In this document: positions 60,481 through 64,000 of the stretch, in pieces
Layout: every line of letters starts with the position of its first letter
Position numbering within the stretch: position 1 is the first letter of the stretch
From: the human T2T-CHM13v2.0 reference genome, Homo sapiens
Length of the DNA: 64,000 nt
Strand: one strand, 5' to 3'
Assembly (NCBI RefSeq): GCF_009914755.1
Contig: NC_060927.1
Made by a program: the position numbers and the translations under genes
The notes under the pieces: model-generated
Databases searched by the model: none
The model's input: only the letters and a program-made list of their open reading frames with translations
What the model was told of the DNA's origin: nothing

Positions 60481-61200
60481 GTATAATACCTGTGTAATTA
60501 TATTTTCCCCTTTATGGAATTCCTCACAGTTGGATGTTATACCTTCTACGTTAATTCCCTAATTTTCTTTGCTTTCACATTTGCCATCCACATTTTTTGA
60601 CTGCCAAGGATATCTCTGAGCTTTGTCTTTCAGCTGTCCTATTGAATTGCTAATTCATGCTGTCATACTTTTGTATTTCCAAGCTTTCTTTTTTTGCTCC
60701 TTTTATGAAATTTTTGTTCCAGTTACATAGATACAATGTATTCTTCTATCACCCTAGGGCTATTAATTATAATTATTGGTTTAACATTTTCTTCTTCTTC
60801 CAGCATTATGTGCCTGCATGTTCCCAATTATTACTATATTTTGGTTGATTGTTTTTGTGCTTTCTTTTTCTTTTCCATTGTGTATTTTGGTGTTTAATAA
60901 AATATGCTTAGAGCCTTGAAAAATCTATATTTCTTTTCCATTTGTTCATTTAATACTATATTGAAATGTAAATATTTAAAACTGAGGAACTAAAATGCTG
61001 ATGGGAATGTTTCTTTGTGTAACTGGGCTATACTACAAGTTACGTGAACACCTCATGTGGATGACAAAACATCAGAATCTACAGGTTGTTTATTTGGGGT
61101 TGCTCAGTTTCCCTAGAAAGTAAACATCCAAACTTTTGCCTGGATAATAGAAGACTGGTTATAGTTATTTGATATCTAATTTGTGAGATATGGTTTGAGA
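60130..61200 (-). mobile_element. HAL1/L1M ORF1-like fossil
   Basis: T-rich antisense ORF1-like sequence, very degenerate. Confidence 0.4.
60421..60478. repeat. (TA)n microsatellite
   Basis: Visible repeat. Confidence 0.95.
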
Positions 61201-61316
61201 GTTTCACCACTCAGCAAAGTCTAATAACCTATTCCCTAAAAACATGATAAAGAAAACATATTATTTCAAATCCTAAAATTATGACTGCAACATAAGAATT
61301 AATATATATGTATATA

Positions 61317-61493
61317 TTTTTTGAAGACAACTAGGCTGGAGTGCTGCCTAGGTCCTGAATGCAATGTCACCTAGGCTGGAGTACGGTGCCAAAATCATAG
61401 CTCACTGCAACCTCATACTCCTGGGCTCAAGCAATCCTCCTGCCTCAGCCTCCCAAAGTGCTGCATTTACAGGCTTATGCCACTGCACCCCAC
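61317..61493 (-). mobile_element. Monomeric AluJ chimera (left-arm 5' end + right-arm 3' end)
   Basis: atcatagctcactgcaacctc...ctcctgggctcaagcaatcctcctgcctcagcctcccaaagtgctg. Confidence 0.8.
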
Positions 61494-61539
61494 AACATTA
61501 TTTTTAAACCATTTTACTTCTTAAAAGTAGAAATTTCAG

Positions 61540-62282
61540 GAACTGACAGAGGAACTAAATAAGTGGCAAATCTTCCTTACAAGAGCAAGCATAAAACTGG
61601 GAACTGGATAACCACAAATTGAGAAGTGCTTATTTGTAAGCTCTAGGTAAGAACAATGGAAGTGGGAGTTTCTTGCCTGGTGCAGTTCCCAGCTCCATGG
61701 ATAAGGTGGTTTTATCAGGACAGGGCTGACCATGAATATCAGCAGATTTGCTTCATGAGGTAACTGAATTGCTTTGGAGTGGAGGGAAAACATTAATCCC
61801 TAGCAAGAAGAACAAATTTGATAGGAAAACGTGGGGATAGCCACAGCTCAGCTAGTTTGAAGTTGCTGTACCATTTGAGGCAAGTGGAGGACCAGATAGA
61901 AACTTTACGGGGAGATCCTGGAAGTGAAGAAGCCACATCTTTGTCTGACTGTGAAACTATGAAAATGTGTAATGGAGGACCAGAGTCTCTGGAAGAACGT
62001 AAAATCTGAGGCTGACATTAAAATTTCCTAAACTTTGAATGTAGTCCCCAACCCACACACACACAGTAATCTTCAGAAGGAAGTGTGGTGGGCTCAAGTG
62101 ATTAAGCCCAATCTTTGCCCAATCATTAGGAAACATTTTAGGTATATTGAAAATATTCTAAATCTCAACAATGATGATTATTGCACATTACAAATCTATT
62201 GAAAATCATTTTACCAGGTGCATTTACAGAATAGTTTCAATATATATTATGTAAGTTATACTTCAATAAATCTGTTTAAAAG
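61540..62282 (+). mobile_element. Old L1M 5'-end-like sequence followed by an L1M 3' tip (~62140-62282)
   Basis: aactttgaatgtagtccccaaccacacac, then gaaaatattctaaatctc...atgtaagttatacttcaataaatctgtttaaaa. Confidence 0.45.
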
Positions 62283-64000
62283 AGGCTTCAAAATGAAATC
62301 TTCTTTTAATATTTTACCAATGAAAAATTCACTCAAGCATTTTCACCTTTTATACATACAGGGTGATTATTCCAAATAGAAAATAATTCCCAAGCTCTTG
62401 TCCTCTAAGTATCTTTTTCTTTTTCACTCAGTTACTTGCGGAACTATTTTTCTAAAAAGGTAACTATTTTTCTAAAAAGAAGTTTATAAAAACAAAGATT
62501 AATATTTTTTCATGTTAGAGCAGAGTTACTGTTAGAAAATGCAAAAATTTACAATTTTTCTTTCTGATATACTGATTTTTTTTCTCCTCAGAAAAACTAC
62601 ATCTATGAGAGCTCCAGAATGTGTTAGCTACTTTCTCATGCCTAAGATGCTTGCTGTTAACTATTTCCACATGTAAATTTGCAGTCTTCCAGTCTGTACT
62701 AGGCTCCAGGAGTTCTCAGGACTCCCTTTGTTCCTGATTTTATTATTGCAGCTAAAGAATCTGTGAATTCCATTTGGGGCAACTAGTTCCCTGTTCTGGC
62801 TTTAGAATATTCTTCTGTAAGATGCTTCCATGCTATTGGCAATCTTTCCTCATCTTTCCAACCCTTTTCGGGGGGCTTACATGATCAAAGAGTTATGTTT
62901 CACAGCTCCTTGTGGTTCACTTCCCCTCAGTCCGACTCTTTATCAAGTGTCAATGTGCCCTACAAAATGGATCTAGGGGAGAGAAATGGATGGATTCCAT
63001 TGATACTACTCATATCTCACCCCTGTTCCTAAGCTCCTCTCCTTTCAAACCTTCATATCTGCTCTTCCTGAGAGTCCTAAATGTCTCATGTCACCAGTTG
63101 TCCAGGAATTTTTAGGGTAGGCATTACTCTATCAGAACTCTAAGACCTTTTTCTGGCACCTTACTTTGACATGACCGAATATTATACAAGATATCAGTAG
63201 AACATGAGTGATTGATTATGCAGGAAACTGATGATTAGAACTGGAGTTTAAGCTGGAATTAGGGTTAGGGTTAGAGAAGAAAATAGCTATGCTTTGTAAG
63301 ACAGGAAGGAGGACTCCATAGGTACATTTCTTGTATTGTGAAAGGAAGGAAGATGACAAATTAGGCTTACAGATCTAGTGGTTGAAACTTTAAGAAATTC
63401 CATTCAGATGGTTTCTATCAAATAATAGTTGACGTTGTTAAGCTCTTTCAATGTAGGAAATATTGGGCTAAACAATTGTACATGTACTTGGTTATTTTTA
63501 TGGCAAAGAGCCAAGATACATATTGATATTTCATTTTATACTATCATATATTTATGAAAATACCGTTTTCTTGTTATTGTTACCTTGAATTGTTTATTTC
63601 TTATTACTTTTTGCTATTGCTCATATACTCTTTTTCTTTTTTCTTTCAATTCTGAAACGTCCTTTGTTATTTAAATCCTTTAAGTAATAAAGAGTCTCCC
63701 AATTTTATATCCTATAATAAAATTTTGGGGGGATTTAGACTTACTTTTTTCAGGGCCAGTCCACAAATATTTTCCCACCTTTTCTGCTTAATTATTTAAT
63801 ACTACATAGCAAAACTCATACTTGATACTTTATTATTTATATTCTATATTTATTTTAACATAGTTATATAATTTATATTCAGTAGTTACTTTGATTTCTC
63901 CATGGTATTTTGTGGGAAGCAAACAGTTTTGCACTTTGTCCTTCAAACTTATTTCATTATACGATCTTTTTACCATGCTTTTTTTTTTTTGACATCTTTG

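Noticed and set aside
60242-60562. ORFs with YIYIYI runs
   Set aside because: Translations of the (TA)n microsatellite.
63259-63274. ttagggttagggttag telomere-like repeat
   Set aside because: Under three units, with no flanking evidence of telomerase-healed insertion. Compatible with chance.

Overview
AT-rich, CpG-poor primate (human-like) non-coding genomic DNA, intergenic or deep-intronic, and dominated by transposable-element fossils: L1 (L1PA/L1PB/L1M/HAL1), Alu, MaLR LTRs (MSTA, a complete THE1 provirus, MLT1), an ERV1 remnant, LTR16/LTR41, L2, MIR, CR1/L3 and MER DNA transposons. I find no credible host protein-coding gene, RNA gene or CpG island. The recognisable protein-like ORFs are broken L1 ORF1/ORF2 or THE1-internal remnants. 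I see no evidence of a new biological system. The interesting signal is mechanistic. (1) Four twin-priming 5'-inverted insertions, including a rare inverted Alu. (2) Two probable L1 3' transductions, revealed by displaced target-site duplications (TSDs). (3) A collapsed ERV1 provirus with an Arg-tRNA primer-binding site (PBS) and tRNA-like copies in its leader. (4) Several templated local rearrangements: a 124-bp inverted copy, a 153-bp direct repeat, a double-hairpin insertion and a 15-bp palindrome. Subfamily names come from my memory of consensus sequences and need RepeatMasker/Dfam confirmation. Boundaries of old repeats are approximate.
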